64,000 nt of DNA, taken from positions 21,824,001 through 21,888,000 of the forward strand of contig JAGIQG010000026.1 in the NCBI GenBank assembly GCA_024679065.1, written 5' to 3'. The position numbers and the translations under genes are program-made. Below, piece by piece: positions 1 to 13,710 of this stretch. Position 1 is the first letter of the stretch, and the number at the start of each line of letters is the position of its first letter. This stretch comes from Sphyrna mokarran. Lineage: Eukaryota. The notes under the pieces were generated by a model. The model was not told where the DNA came from and did no database searches. It was given only the letters and a program-made list of their open reading frames with translations.

Positions 1-44
1 TTTGCTGTGTAGTATATTAAAGCAGAAATATGGATTCAAATTCA

Positions 45-218
<174 letters not shown>

Positions 219-239
219 CTAGCAACTGTTACAGTTGTT

Positions 240-780
240 ACATTTAGGCTTGCTTAGAAAAATAGTCTAAAACACTTCAAAGAGATCACTTTTAAGGTGT
301 GTTATAGAGTTGGCAAGAGATGTATAGAAGCAGACTGATTTATGGACGGAATTCCAGAACTAAAAGTTTAGGTAGTCGGAGGTATGGCTGGCAATGGTTC
401 AGTGATGTAAAGCAATATCTTGCAGGAGGCTGGAGGAAGAGTTCAGATATCTGGTAGGGTTATAGAGCTGGAGGAGGTGACATGAGTATTAGGGAATTTG
501 AAGAAAAGAATTAGAACTTTAATTCTGAGACACGGCCAGACCTCAAACTAATGAAAGTAATTGAACAGATAAGTGACGTTAGAATAGTGAATGAAGTCAA
601 TTAGCATATGGTCAGAAGAATATGGATGAGATTAAGTTTATAGGGGGTTATAGACAAGTATAATAAAGTCTGGAAATAATAAACTTTTTAATGGGCTGAT
701 ATAGATGGAAACATGTAATATTAGACAGATGGAAGTAGGTAATCTTGGTGATGGAAATTATGGGGGTCAAATTGGCTTTG
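240..780 (-). mobile_element. Old LINE (L2-like) 3' fragment; a related fragment lies at ~37130-37570
   Basis: Purine-rich degenerate segment sharing 'gaattccagaa...tagg' context with 37.3 kb; family call from recall, boundaries approximate. Confidence 0.4.
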
Positions 781-856
781 CAACTAGAGAATAATAGTTT
801 TGTTAAAGAAACAACCATACTAAGTTTATTTAATCCTCTAATTGTTATAAATAAAT

Positions 857-1275
857 AAAGAACTTGCTTTTATATAGCAACTTTCGTAAACTCGGGACAT
901 CTAAAGCAATTTTTCCCAATTAATTTTTTTTGGTGTAGCCTCTTGTGTAACATAAAACATGACAATCAATTTGTGCACAGCAAGGTTCATAAGTAGTATG
1001 GTAATAATGATCAGAACATTTTTTTTCAGTGATGTTGGGTGAAGGATTAGTATTGACAATGTTGCTTTTTAAAATAGTACAATGGGGTCTTTAATTCTTA
1101 CCTGAGGGCCACATGATTCATTGGTTTAATATCTCTTCCAAATGATGGTATTTTCAGTATTCTTTCAGCACTGCAATGTAGTATCAACCTACATTTTGTA
1201 CTCAAAACTTTTGAGTGGGATTTGAACCCCCAAAACCTCTGACTCAGAAGTGACAATGCTTTCAGCTATCAACTA
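857..1275 (-). mobile_element. tRNA-derived SINE, DeuSINE/SacSINE1-like
   Basis: Minus-strand head with B-box-like 'gggttcaaatccc', central domain and 'ctatataaaagcaagttc' tail; a partial related copy lies at ~8330-8500. Confidence 0.55.
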
Positions 1276-1276
1276 A

Positions 1277-1622
1277 GGGTGGCATAGTGGCACAGTGGTT
1301 GGTACTGCTGCATCACAGCACTAGGGATCTGGGTTTGATTCCCTACTTGGGTGACTTGTCTGTGTGGAGTTAGCACATTGTCCCTGTGTCTGCATGGGTT
1401 TCCTCCAGGTGCTTTGGTTCCCTCCCACAGTCCAAAAATGTGCGGATTAGGTGGATTGGCCATTTAGTATGTTTAGTAGTGCCATTTAGTAAATTGCCCC
1501 TTAGTGTTGGGGGGCTAGTTAGGGTAAATGCATGGGTTATGGGGATAGGGTCACGGTGGAATTGCAGTTGGTGCAGACTAGATGGGCTGAATGGCCTCCT
1601 TCTGCACTGTAGGATTCTATGA
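1277..1622 (+). mobile_element. HE1-like V-SINE (shark tRNA-derived SINE with CR1-derived tail)
   Basis: A-box tggcacagtgg, B-box ggtttgattcc, V-domain tgggtttcctccaggtgc...cccacagtccaaa, CR1-type tail gggctgaatggcctccttctg...ttctatga. Confidence 0.8.
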
Positions 1623-2169
1623 GAACTGAGTCAGGAAAACATCTAATAGAATATGCCCCTGATGTATTTATTACTCAGGTACATAAAATACCTTTAAATA
1701 CAATTGTAAAACCACCCTTTTTTTCCCCCCAGAGTCACCACATCAAGCATTTTTCTGGCTGGAAGGGTAAATGTAATGGAACTAATATCTTCCCCCGTAT
1801 TGATATAATATTTTAACTGGAGTCAAAATAAATCGTTTTCATTCCATAAAGATAGCAGGACATCAACGTTTCCTCCAATCTTAAATTAAATTTAGATAAT
1901 TTGTTTTGTAATGCTAATGGACATGGTTAGGTGTCATGACTACATAACAACATGGTGTGACATGTTAATTTGATCTTTGATAATAGTGTAAGATTGGCAA
2001 CTTTAGCTTGTCCTACCTAACTTTCATTTCCATTAACTTGGTCAACACAAGAATTGGGCCTTTCATATGTATGGTGATTTTGAAAGCACGTGAATAGGAT
2101 TCAACTCTAAGAGTCAATAATGTGCTCAACAAATATTCTAATTTCAAAACGTAGAAAACTCTGACTAAC

Positions 2170-2322
2170 TTGCTATCCAGGAGGTCCATGAGTGGTTGGA
2201 GAACATTGTCAGCATCCTGAGCCACACTATTACAAGTGCTGGCAGGGACATTTCCTGTTCCCTTCACCTGGCTGAGAATATCTCCCATCTGCTTCACACA
2301 TTCCTCAATGTGAGGCTGAAAA
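2170..2322 (-). CDS. UNC13A: UNC13A exon 15: [50 protein letters not shown](N)
   Basis: cttttcag|T ... AA|gttagt; 153 nt. Confidence 0.93.
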
Positions 2323-2487
2323 CTGAAAAGTACGAGAGAATTAAGCACGGCATTGTAAATAAATCATCATTTAAAACAAGCCAAACTAAAGCTGTAAAAC
2401 AGAGTACATTAAGCTTTGGTGTCTTTCATAATATGTAATTAATTATATTTGCAATAGTTAAACTGCAAACAAAACATTAAATATAAT

Positions 2488-2624
2488 GGGCAGAATCTTC
2501 TGGCCAATCATGCTAGTGGGATTCTCTGGTCCCATTACTGTGAACAGAGATTTGACTGAGCGCTAAACTCTCCGTCCCCCACTTGCATTGGCAACAAGAC
2601 GTGAATGGTTGGAAGATTCCACCC
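2488..2624. mobile_element. Short MITE, PIF/Harbinger-like
   Basis: TIRs gggcagaatcttc / gaagattccaccc; 3-bp TSD aat (2485-2487, 2625-2627). Confidence 0.7.
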
Positions 2625-2966
2625 AATATATTTATAAAAATTTTAATTAAAATAATTTCCTATCCCAATGAAATTGTTATTAAACTCACTGGACTTAATG
2701 CTTGTTATAAAACAAATTTTCAAAGCAATCATATAAAAATCATTATCACTGCATATTGCATTATTTAGTCCTAGTACAGCCTTTTGTTGCAAGAATTATT
2801 AGAATACCAGTTTGATAAACTATCAAATATACGTTAGGTTTGGTATGAAATTCTTGATTTTGAAACTAATCATTTAAAACGATCTTCATCCAATTAAAAG
2901 TAGTCAATACATGACTGTATTGAATTGCAGAGGTTTTAAATATTACAAATTTGTTGAAATTCTTAC

Positions 2967-3055
2967 CTTAATGCAAACACCCTGCTGAGATCATCCAACA
3001 CATTATTGAGTTTTATTTGTAGCTCTTTTAAAATGTCACTGGCTTCAGCATCCAA
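2967..3055 (-). CDS. UNC13A: UNC13A exon 14: [29 protein letters not shown](S)
   Basis: ttcag|TTG ... AG|gtaaga; 89 nt. Confidence 0.93.
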
Positions 3056-3678
3056 CTGAAAATGCAAGCAAGTATTCACTGTACATACTATCATTATTCA
3101 GAAAACCACTAGCCAAGCTGAACACGATGGAGGGGAGAGCAAACGAGGGAAGAATTAAAAAAAAAATTTAAAGGACCAGAAGCAAAAAGTGAAATGTGTC
3201 AAATTGTTTATTTCTGTTCAATCTTTTCTTGCATGCTCATGTCTTTTTCGTAATTGCACAATTAAAACATAGTCCGATATATCAATGAGAAATCCTAAAG
3301 CTGAAGTACTGTCTTGGATTGTTTGTAAACTCAGAGTGTACAGTTTATCTCCATAACAGAATGGGAACCACTAAATAATACTTTTCAATACTTTTCTTGA
3401 ATGACAGACTAATACCATAGGATAGAATTAAAAAATACACCCTGCTCCTCATTAGTAGATGCTACTCTTGACATATATGAGCAGTCCAACTCAGAAGCAA
3501 CTGGCTGTGTGTAATGCTTTCTTAACCATGAAGAATAACTAGTAGACAGTATTTATTTTTTTACATAACAAAGTAGCACCAAATTCTAAAGCTTCCATAA
3601 AATTTTCTTCCTGTTTCTATTCCAAGATTAACAATACACAGGGACAAGTTCACAAGAATTTTAAGTTTCATAACAGTA

Positions 3679-4387
3679 GCCCAAATCTTTCAGTCTCCAT
3701 TGTCAGAGATTGAATGTATGGCTGAAGTGTGCACCAGGATCCCTGTGAAAGTCTTGGTGTGTTGACCTATGTGGGAATTACCCAGCAAGTTTCAATTTCT
3801 GATCAGCAATTTTCTGGATTCTCAGGAACCTCTGGGAGATGGATCTGGAGACAGATTGTAGTACTCATCTTAGAAGTTATCTAAGAAATATTAGAGTAAA
3901 ACCTATTTTTTCATCTGAGTAACTGCACAACTAAGTCCCCCATCACTCCCTGACCCACCAACTACCCTTTGGCCCAGCTAACTACACCTCAGACCTTATG
4001 CTCCCAAAATAGCCCAACTACTGTCGACCACCTCCCACAAAATGAACCAATCCCCCGACTCAACTACCCAATCAGATCAAACTAATCACCTGCCACCTCA
4101 CCATTCCGCTACCTTACTCACTTACATTCTCACACTAAAATTAATTTACTAACATTGAAACTGGACCATTAAACATACCATGTGGCTAATAGCGAATAAA
4201 AAGAGGGTGTGTTCAGTTTTCCTCCTGACTCTACTGTCACTCCAATAGGGTTCCCCAAGGGACACTGCATTGCACATTTCTGTGGAAGCTGGACTTGAGA
4301 GGTCCTGCTAGAAATGTACAGTGTTGAGGAAATTTTCCATTGCAGTAGCAATCTAACAGCATTTGTTGCTGCTTGGAAAATCAGGGC
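3679..4387. mobile_element. Degenerate non-autonomous TIR element (Harbinger-like) with C-rich interior
   Basis: Imperfect ends gcccaaatctttc / ggaaaatcagggc; C-rich interior resembles 47085-47850; no clear TSD. Confidence 0.4.
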
Positions 4388-5399
4388 ATTATATTTGGTA
4401 AAAATGATATTTGTTTATAAGCTGGAATCCAAACATCATCTTTGAACAGAAAACAATACATGAGAATAAATTAGATTGAAATAAACAAAACGGGTGAAAG
4501 TCTCTCAATCTTTGACAATGACTCTACAGTTATGCCAATATAGTGCCGAAATGTTAGGGAAAAATCTGTGCTTTAAGGCATCATGCCAATTTTCTCCACA
4601 GTCAGAAGTGGTCTGCCTGTGGCAATTAAAAGTGGCAGCCGCTCTCAAATCTTATGGCTCTGGATCTTTCTACATTGCCAGTAAATATGTGTGCAGCATT
4701 AACCAAGGAACATTCACAGTATAAGGTGCCATGATGACATACATTTGGCATTGAAGATGCCAAGCAAACAGCTACTGATGTGCATGAAAAGGAAAGGGAG
4801 ATACTCCTATGCAAGTCACCCATTTTTAATACAAATCAGACAGTATTCTTATTTGTCACAACCAGAGCGTAGAGGGCAGATTCTGCAAGACTTTGTCATA
4901 GATTGATGGATTATAGTGGCATTACTTTGGCTTTATCTTCTATACATGCCACCAGACGGTACTTCCTTGGTTCAACAATATTTTGCCAGGAAGTATCCCC
5001 AAAATGCAAAACTTTGCCAAATGAGGGTTCCCTTTCCATAAAGATGATTATAACCATAAATAACCAAGTTTATAATAACTGCAATGTGTATTCTGAACAA
5101 AACATTACATTATTTATTTAAGAAATATTCCTTTCTTTCTTATCAGTTTTCTTTCTTTTGGCTCAATGCATTCTAGTCCTTGTGCTGAGTTTAAGTGTTC
5201 CCTCAGCAGGAGGATTGGTTGGCCCTTTATACTATAATAAAGAGGGTACTAGACTGAGATGGGCCTTAACTTGTGATAGCTGCTTCCGAAGATGAAGATT
5301 CTATTAACTAAATTTCTGCAGATTGCACCTGGGTAGCCTCATGATACATGAATCACATAATAACTCAGGCATGTGCTACTGTCCTCAGAGATGACAATA

Positions 5400-5880
5400 T
5401 CAGGCACAAGGAGAGTTTTCCTTCATTTTCATCTTTGTTTAGGTTTTCTGATTTTATTTGAGGTCACCAGAAATGCTGGTTGATCTTGCCTCTACCTCAT
5501 TCCTCTTCCATTCCTTGTGCATTTAAGACTCTTGTCATACACATCTTCTCATCTGGTCTTAGGCTTCCTCTTCTTCTACTTCCAGACTGTGCCATCTCCG
5601 TCACTATTACTGCCATTTCACTGGGATCTGACTCTGTAACCCCACTGATCTGCTGCTGGCTGATCTAATGACAGCTTTGAGAGCTGTCCAACTAAGAAAT
5701 AATAGTGGTTGTAATTGAGGCAGTGATGAGCACAAAGCTCCATTCTGACCCCATTTGCCTCCTTTGCTGCAGTTTATGCATCTACGCAGATGGAAGTCTC
5801 CACTGGTTCCCTGCTGTCTATTATCTGGGGCTACGTTGGAGTGCATTGTTACCTTTAAAAGTGAGAAGCCTTCATAGCTG
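5400..5880 (-). mobile_element. Possible decayed Harbinger Myb/SANT-like ORF remnant
   Basis: Fragmentary minus-strand translation (VAP..., ALKAVIRSASSRSVGLQS..., EVEEEEA) loosely resembles Harbinger ORF1; heavily degraded. Confidence 0.3.
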
Positions 5881-6292
5881 CTGTTGCAAAAGAGAAATTT
5901 AAAAACTTAACCACGTTGTTGCCAAAATAGATATATTGGAGGTGCCATGGTGTCAGAGCAGAACTAAGAAGGAAAATACCTAAGGTACTATCTTAAATGT
6001 CAGTACTATAGGGTTCGGCTGAACATAGAAAGCTGTTGTAACAATCCATTAAGGCACTCAAATTTCTTGGAATTTTAGTTGCTCATATATATTATACATA
6101 TGAATTATCCTAAAACAGCTGCTCATATGCAAATGGTCCTAAGGCAATTTCTGTGCTGCTCTCCAGCTAGTGAGAGAGATTATTTTCTGGCCCTATATGA
6201 TGCTACAGAAGTTAAGGAAATTTAGCAGCAAAAGTAACATAATTCTGTAAATGATTAACTTCAAAACATTTAAAAGTAAAAATGGAGCTTAC

Positions 6293-6370
6293 ATCTTTTC
6301 CTCCCATCGCTTCAAACATCTTTTCCAGTTGTACTCGAAGCTGCTGGATGTTGTTCATCAGAATACATGG
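6293..6370 (-). CDS. UNC13A: UNC13A exon 13: [26 protein letters not shown]
   Basis: tttgtag|CCA ... GAT|gtaagc; 78 nt. Confidence 0.93.
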
Positions 6371-8699
6371 CTACAAAGGGTTTGACATTATATTGTTAAT
6401 TTTTTTTTAAACGCAGAGACCGACTCTTATTTTCAGGTGAAAAAAAGTTAAAAAATGACATATCTATTAAAAGGGTTGATAATCATTTAAAAATCACAAA
6501 CTTAGTCACACAGCCAAAACTATGAGAAATCACAGGTCTCAATTAAAGTGGACCCAGATAAGAATCAAGGACTATAAAACTCCCAATGACAATGAGGCCT
6601 CATAAGCATACACAGAAAATCTCCATTATCGAATAGTATAGCTGCAGATTGTCAGGTCCATTCCAACACGAGACAACGCTATATCAATGGTTAGAAACAT
6701 AGTTATCATAATTGTATCTGGAAGTTGATCGATACGTAGAAAGAAATATGTGCTTGATGATATTATAATTAGGTGGAAATGCACAAGTTGTAATTGGACA
6801 ACTATACCCTTTTGTGCATAATGTAAACTGAATCGATAGTTGTAAGTGGATATAGATAATTTCTGTACAAATGTACACCTTTGATTGGTACATGCAAATT
6901 TCTTGTAACTGGATCTTAATTATAACTGTCCGTACAGTCCGTACAAAAGAACTGAGGCTCTTCCTGGTGTGCCACTAGTTGGTGCACTGGGGCCATCCAG
7001 TACTATAGTTCTGAATAAAGTCCTTGTCTGAAACTCCAAATCTGGTTTTCTCAAAAGTAAAATACGCTACAGCTGAATAACTGTATTTTTCCTTTAACAT
7101 CTGTATAAATAAGTGTGACTAAATATATTTTATATGTTTACATAACTTCTATTTGCCATAATGACATTAGGAAGCATCTTAAAATTCTACTAAATTATAT
7201 ATTTTATAAATATAAAATAAATGTGCATTTCTGAAGGATTGAACAATTATTGACTGATGAATACTGACACTATTTAAAAGGAAATATCATGGGCAAATAT
7301 TTCAAACAAAAGGAAAATCTCAAAATTGTATAAAAATATAAACAACTATTTTCAGGGTAACATCACAAGACAAAAATATTGGTATAAAACATAAAGCGGC
7401 AGTTCTTTTTATACAGCTATAGCCACCCACAAGTAACTCCTGCACTACAATTAAACAGGTAATTTTTAAAACTACCTGCATTCCTTTGCAATGTTTCTCA
7501 TCTATATGTCTGTCTCAAGGGGCAATACAGATGTAATCTGTAGTCAAGAGCTAAATTTTGGTTCCCTATTAAAACATGAGATGGCATGCAGCTGGAGACA
7601 GATAAATGTACCATGCCTGACTAGATTCTCCTTAAATCATTCCAGGGTGCATAAACCATTTAGTGGAATTACACAGAGATGCCAATTAATGAGTCATGGA
7701 TTTTGCATAGCCTTTTGCACAGCCTTTTGCACCTACCATTCTTGAAACAATATTTGATAATTAAATCTTTTTTGTACCTTTTAAAGTATTTACTACCCTT
7801 GCACAAAGTGATTTGCAAGATAATTTTTAGCAAGTTTTTTCAAATGTTGTAAACTAGCAAGTGAAGAATGTAGAAGAGATTCCTTGTTTCTCTTTTCCAT
7901 TTTTGTGACAAAAAAGCAACACTGATGTTATTATTCCTCAGAACTTTTAATTGCCACAACATTTTTTGATTAGAGAAAATTAAGTAGAATAACAAAATGG
8001 AGCCATTTTGGCAAACGGCAAATAGTAAAAAGGAAACTCAGATCTAAGTAGGACAAACAGTACTGTGAGACATTAAAGAAAGAATGTTGCTAGGCTCCAC
8101 AAATAACAGATGTTTTCGACAAATGGTTGAGAGATGTATTATGTATGCTGATCAAAAAAAGGAACCATTTGTTCTACATGGAGTAATAACAGATGTCATC
8201 TGCACCTATTATGGCAAGAGATACAAGAAAAGACAGCTAATAGTGAAGAGCTTAAATAAAAATAGAAATGCTGGACACAAAAAAATACTTTTGTATGAAT
8301 ATAGAGCTATTCACAACTTCTAGGACATCGCAATAGGCTTTAGAACCAATTAAGTACTCTTGAATAGTAATCACTGTTACAATGTAGAAATTGCAGCACC
8401 AACTTACACAAGGCAAGTTTCCATGTGATCATGTCCAGATGACCTGTGCCAGTAATATTGGTTGCAGAATAAATATTTGGCAGGCCATCCATAAATATGG
8501 TATATTTCAGACTGATTACTATCTGTAAAGAGGATTACTATCAGTTCAAACTAAAGTTCTGCATTTGAACTATTTATTCTTCCTTTCTCTTTATAGATGT
8601 CATCAGAATTGCTGTGTTTTACCAACATTCTTGAATTTATTCTCTGATACTTGCAGGCTGTAGTAAATATATTATCTATAATATGGAGGAATAGGTTAC

Positions 8700-8777
8700 C
8701 ACTTTCTCCTTTGAGCAGTATGATGCATAATCCTTAGCTATTATCTCAGCGTACTGCAGTAGCACATTGCTGATAGT
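8700..8777 (-). CDS. UNC13A: UNC13A exon 12: [26 protein letters not shown]
   Basis: ttttccag|ACT ... GTG|gtaacc; 78 nt. Confidence 0.92.
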
Positions 8778-9985
8778 CTGGAAAAGAAAATAATTTTATG
8801 AGCAACACAAGAGATTGCTTTTGTTCAAACAATATAGAAAGAAGGCAGAAAATGACAAATATTGAATTGTTGAGCCAGTGTGAATTATTCGAAGTTTCTT
8901 AATATTTTCTTCTAATATCACATCTAGCTTGAATTTTTGCTACAAGGATGTTTAAATAACTATATTATATAGCATATGTTCACAGCAGCAATCATTGATG
9001 AAAGTTTTATGTCCAGTTCTTTGCACTATTGAAGTAGGGCAATGCTGCTCAGAAATAGCCCAATGCTCTGTTAGAGTGAACACTCTGGGTCCCATATTTG
9101 TGAACTAAATTACATATCATGGCTCTTCATCATGTTAGCAGAAATAATGTCCCATATTTCCCTATTTTTCTTCCACTTGCTTTATGGCAGAGAACCATTT
9201 CACCAGCTTCCTTGTATGTGTTTTCATTTCAGGAACTTTTACCTGGAAGTTATGATAAATGTTGAATATGTTTGTCCATCTTTTACAAATTTAAGTGTTG
9301 GGCAAATAGGGAAAGTAAAATATCTGATACATTTTCCCGTCATTAAAGACTTCAGCAATTCTGGTGTGTCAACATTTATCAGGGAGGACGTGGTGAATGA
9401 CGACATAGTTTGTGGTGGTGATTGATGGGGATAGATCTGCTTGATAAAATTCAATAAATTGTCAGGCCAAGTCCAATTCAATACAAGGTGCATTAGGCGA
9501 ATAGAATTTTTTTTAAAAAATGGTTTTGTTATTGCAGCTACAGGAATCACTAATGTCTGACAGGAGGAATTACAACAATTTTTCGTCTCAATTATCTCTT
9601 GCCAAGCCATTCCTTTAACAATTTGACTCAAGATTCAGTGGCACTAGAAGAATTGTCAGAAGGCCAATATGAACAAGAAGGTGACGTTGACCACAAAAGA
9701 TCTCTGAGGATGAGTGTCATGGAGAGATGCAAAACCTGCACTGTCATCAAACCAACAGAGTCCAAGAGTTATAGGTCTAAATTTTCCAGTCCTACCCCTG
9801 TGGGAATCGTCACATTTGATGAACAAGCAAATGTTCCAAAATCCCACTCATAGTAACAAAATTTATGCCAATATGTTTTAAAGTTTTAACGGTAGAGGAG
9901 AGAGCAATTTCTGTCTTAGAATTTCTTATCTGAAAGCATTTCAATTGACAATAAAGCTGAACTTTGACTCAAATGCAGGTTTTCA

Positions 9986-10288
<303 letters not shown>

Positions 10289-11489
10289 TCAGTTTTAAGT
10301 CTCACATAAATGATAGTTTTTTTTTTGTTGCTTCATATGTTAATGGAATGCAAAATGAAAGACATTGAAATTGTCTCTCCTTTTTATTAAGGGACACAGT
10401 ACAGTTTTGTAAATCCGTTGCAAGAATGTTGTTTGTGCAATGCTTTATCAAATGTATATTACAATCAATTGCTTTTGGTACAAAACTTATTTATCCAAAT
10501 AAATAAAAGTAAATCTGGTCTTTTCCTGTACTGGTAAAATTTTTGTAGATCATGGGACAATATTTGTCATCAGGCAATTTGCCAATTAGTGCAAACGTCC
10601 AATTGACTAAACGTTAAAAAGAATTAGGAAGATTTATTTGAGCAAGATTGTGGTAGAATAAAGCTCCATCCATGAGCACTGCCATGGCAAGTGTCCAAAT
10701 AAGGTAATAATAAGGAATAATGACATACCCTGCTAGAAGTCCAAAAAATGTAGCTAGATAGATCCCAATAAATTTGCTGGGGGTCTGTCGCATATTTGTT
10801 GAACGCTTCATTAGAAGGAATGTATTATTAGCTACAACATGTTCACAGTAATGGAACTGGGGATATGCTATGCTTCAGATCTAAATTTAATGTATTCTCT
10901 TGATATGTGATTAAGGCTGCTACTGAAAATGATATATTCCATACAGTATTTATTCCTCTGAAAGAAGACATTAGGAACCATCATTAGGTATAAACTATTC
11001 TGTGTTATTTATTAATTACATCATAATTTAGTTTCAAATTTAATTATTTACTAAATTTAAATCATCTTTCTTGCTAAATTTCAAAATTAATTTTCTGATG
11101 GCATTTAACATAATTCAGTTACTGAATGTATTTAACGTATTTAGCACAATTAGCACTTTACAGAGTTTAACTTGCTTGCTACTTGCTTAATAACGTCCAC
11201 ATTGATAAAAATGAATTCCTGACTTCAATGTATAGAATGATTACATTGTACTTCCTCCTGAGGGAATTGTGGATTTCTTGTCATCTTCTTGTCATATTAT
11301 TACATGAATAAAAATGACAGATATTTGAATTTACTAAGTAATAGGAATTCTAATAAATCCGAACTGCCTAAACAATACTGACATTCTCATTCAAGTGAAA
11401 ATGATTGGTTTATTATAAGGCTATTGCACACATTTGCCGATTTCATAACAGACATTTAAAAACAAAATAGGAAAAAATATTGAGGCTAT

Positions 11490-13065
11490 AACAGCATGCA
11501 AGAGGCTGGGAACCCTGTGGAGAATAAGTCATCTTCTGACTCCCCAAAGCCTGTCCATCATCTTCAAGGCACATTTCAAGAGTGTGACAAAATAAATTCC
11601 ACTTGCCTAGATGATTGCAGCTCCAACAACACTCAAGATGCTCAACACCATCCAGGACAAAGCAGACTACTTGACTGGCACTCTATCCACCAACTTCAAC
11701 ATTCACTCCCTCTACCACTGATGCACTGGCAGCAGTGCATACAATCTACAAGATGCATTGCAACAACTCAAAGTTCCTGCGACAGTATTTTCTAAACTCA
11801 CAGTCTCTACCACCTTGAATGACAAGGACTGTAGACGGACAGGAACATGACCACCTACAAATTGCACTCAGAGTCACTCACTATATCTCCATTCCTTCAC
11901 TATCATTGGGTTAAAGTATTGGAACTCTGGCTATGATTCTCCTATTGCGACCGGCAAATTGTCTGTCGGCTTGCGGTGGGAGACACACATCATCGACCTT
12001 GTTCAGGAAAGCACGCGCATCTCCCAGAGCCTGCAAACAGTCACCAGTCAAACCACACTGGAAACCAGCAGAAAGGCAGGTAAGTAATTTGAATCTTTTT
12101 AAAATGTATTTTAAATATGTTTTGAAGATAATTGTCAGAAACATTCCTGTCCTGATTGAATCTCCCACCCTAACAGGAGCAATTCATTCCGGTGGGTTTA
12201 TACTAGCTCCCCATGTTTGGAATGATGGGGTGGGGCAACTGGGGCTCCCTGAGGAGGAGTGGTGCTTCAGGAGCATGGGCACCTTGGTAGTGCCAGCCTG
12301 TGCCTCCTAGCACTGCCCAAGGAGCAAAGTGTCCATGCCCAGGGAGCACCTTGGCACTCCCCATTGGGCATCAGGCAGCGTCAAACAGGCAGGGCCTGTT
12401 GTGGTCAGGGCTTAGGGGTGATCAGTAGGGCCGAGGGTCCTGCTGTCACTCTGCATATAGGATCAGTCCAGGATGGAGGGAGGGCTGCCTCTGGTGGGGG
12501 GGGGGGGGGGGGGGGGGGGGGGAATCCTGCCCACAGTAATGAGGGGGAGAGGAATCGCTGGCTGGAGTGTGGGGAAGAGAGAAAGCTATGCATAGGGGCA
12601 CTATGGGACGGTATGGGAGGGGGTGTGGTGGACAGGGCTGCGATTGGACTTGTGGGGGGGTGAGATGGTTGGAGGGGCAGCACTGTGGGGGTCCTGGGCA
12701 GTCCTGTGATTGAACTAGCCAGCAAACAGGGAGTCTGAGAAATCGGAGCCACTGTGCACGAGCAGAGTTCCAGAACTGTTAGACTCTGGCACAAATAGAC
12801 CCCGCCTCCCTCCGTTTTTAGTGATATTCATGACTTGGACTTCTGCAGTTCACAGAGTGCAGAGATTCAGGTAAGAAACTGAACTGAGAAAACAGTCAGG
12901 ATCTGGAACAGTTTTCCTGGCAATTTAGCACTTTTGGGAGAATCATGGCCTCTCTTTCTAACAGCACAGTGAATGTAGCTACCACACACAGAGTAGCTCA
13001 CCCTTACTTCCAAGAGGCAGCTAGGCTTGGGCAATAAATGGAGGTCAAGCCAGTAATGCCCGATG
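11490..13065 (+). mobile_element. CR1-superfamily LINE 3' fragment, split by a MITE at 11929-12950
   Basis: Homologous to 46560-47075 (caccatccaggacaaagca..., gggttaaa...ggaact|...aacagcac...ggcaataaa). Confidence 0.7.
11929..12950. mobile_element. Non-autonomous PIF/Harbinger-like DNA transposon, 1022 bp
   Basis: 14-bp TIRs ggctatgattctcc / ggagaatcatggcc (1 mismatch); 3-bp TSD tct; interrupts a LINE cleanly; GC-rich interior with G27 run. Confidence 0.8.
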
Positions 13066-13710
13066 AAAAATACATTTCATCTGAATTTATTAGTTTGCAC
13101 TCTAACGTCTTATTATAAACTGGCAATGCCATAGGAGATCAGATGGTATTTAACATATATTTAGCTAATAAATACAGGAATTGAGGGCATTTCAGATACT
13201 TCATATTAGACAATGTGTGGAATGATTACACTGTATTTTCTACTGAGGGAGTTACTGATTTCTTGTCGTATTATTACATAAATGAATGTGACAGATATTT
13301 GAATTTACTAAGTAATAGGAGTTCTAATAAAGCCAAACTGCCTAAACAGTACTGACACTCTCATTCAAGTGAAAAATATCAGTTTATTATAAGGCTACAG
13401 CATTCATTTGCCAATTTCATAACAGACATTTAAAGCTAAAAGAAGAAAAAAGTCCTCTACCTACCTATAAGAGAATGGCACTTATCTAACCTTTATTTAG
13501 CTTGAATTATATACATCCAAAACGTACCAAGAAGCTGTGATTCTACCTATAGCAACAATTCCTTTTTTATTAGTTTGTTGATGCTAAATTTGTTGTTCCT
13601 TTTAGGCCAATAAAACACATATCCGTATATAGAAGTGAAAGTAGCTTTCCATCGACCTGAAAAAAAACACTGAAAAAGCATTTAAGCAGCATTACATTAT
13701 TGCCTATGTT

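Larger units (their letters stand above)
11226..13434 (+). repeat. Diverged direct repeat pair of ~230 bp (11226-11460 and 13211-13434)
   Basis: Shared text e.g. tgacagatatttgaatttactaagtaatagga...aactgcctaaaca...ctcattcaagtgaaaa...tttcataacagacatttaaa. Confidence 0.9.

Noticed and set aside
1277-1350. tRNA-like A/B boxes
   Set aside because: SINE head, not a tRNA gene; continues into the V-domain and LINE tail
6712-7070. Possible solo LTR (TG...AATAAA...CA); similar candidates at ~15250-15735 and ~19720-20460
   Set aside because: No TSD or second copy visible in the window; cannot be supported without a search
8700-8702. Tandem donor AAA|GTG|GTAACC that could drop one Val
   Set aside because: Upstream GTGGTA is a poor donor and there is no evidence of use
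12496-12522. G27 run (and G25 at 54242-54266) giving poly-Gly/poly-Pro ORFs
   Set aside because: Homopolymers inside non-autonomous transposons; lengths unreliable; the ORFs are low-complexity artefacts
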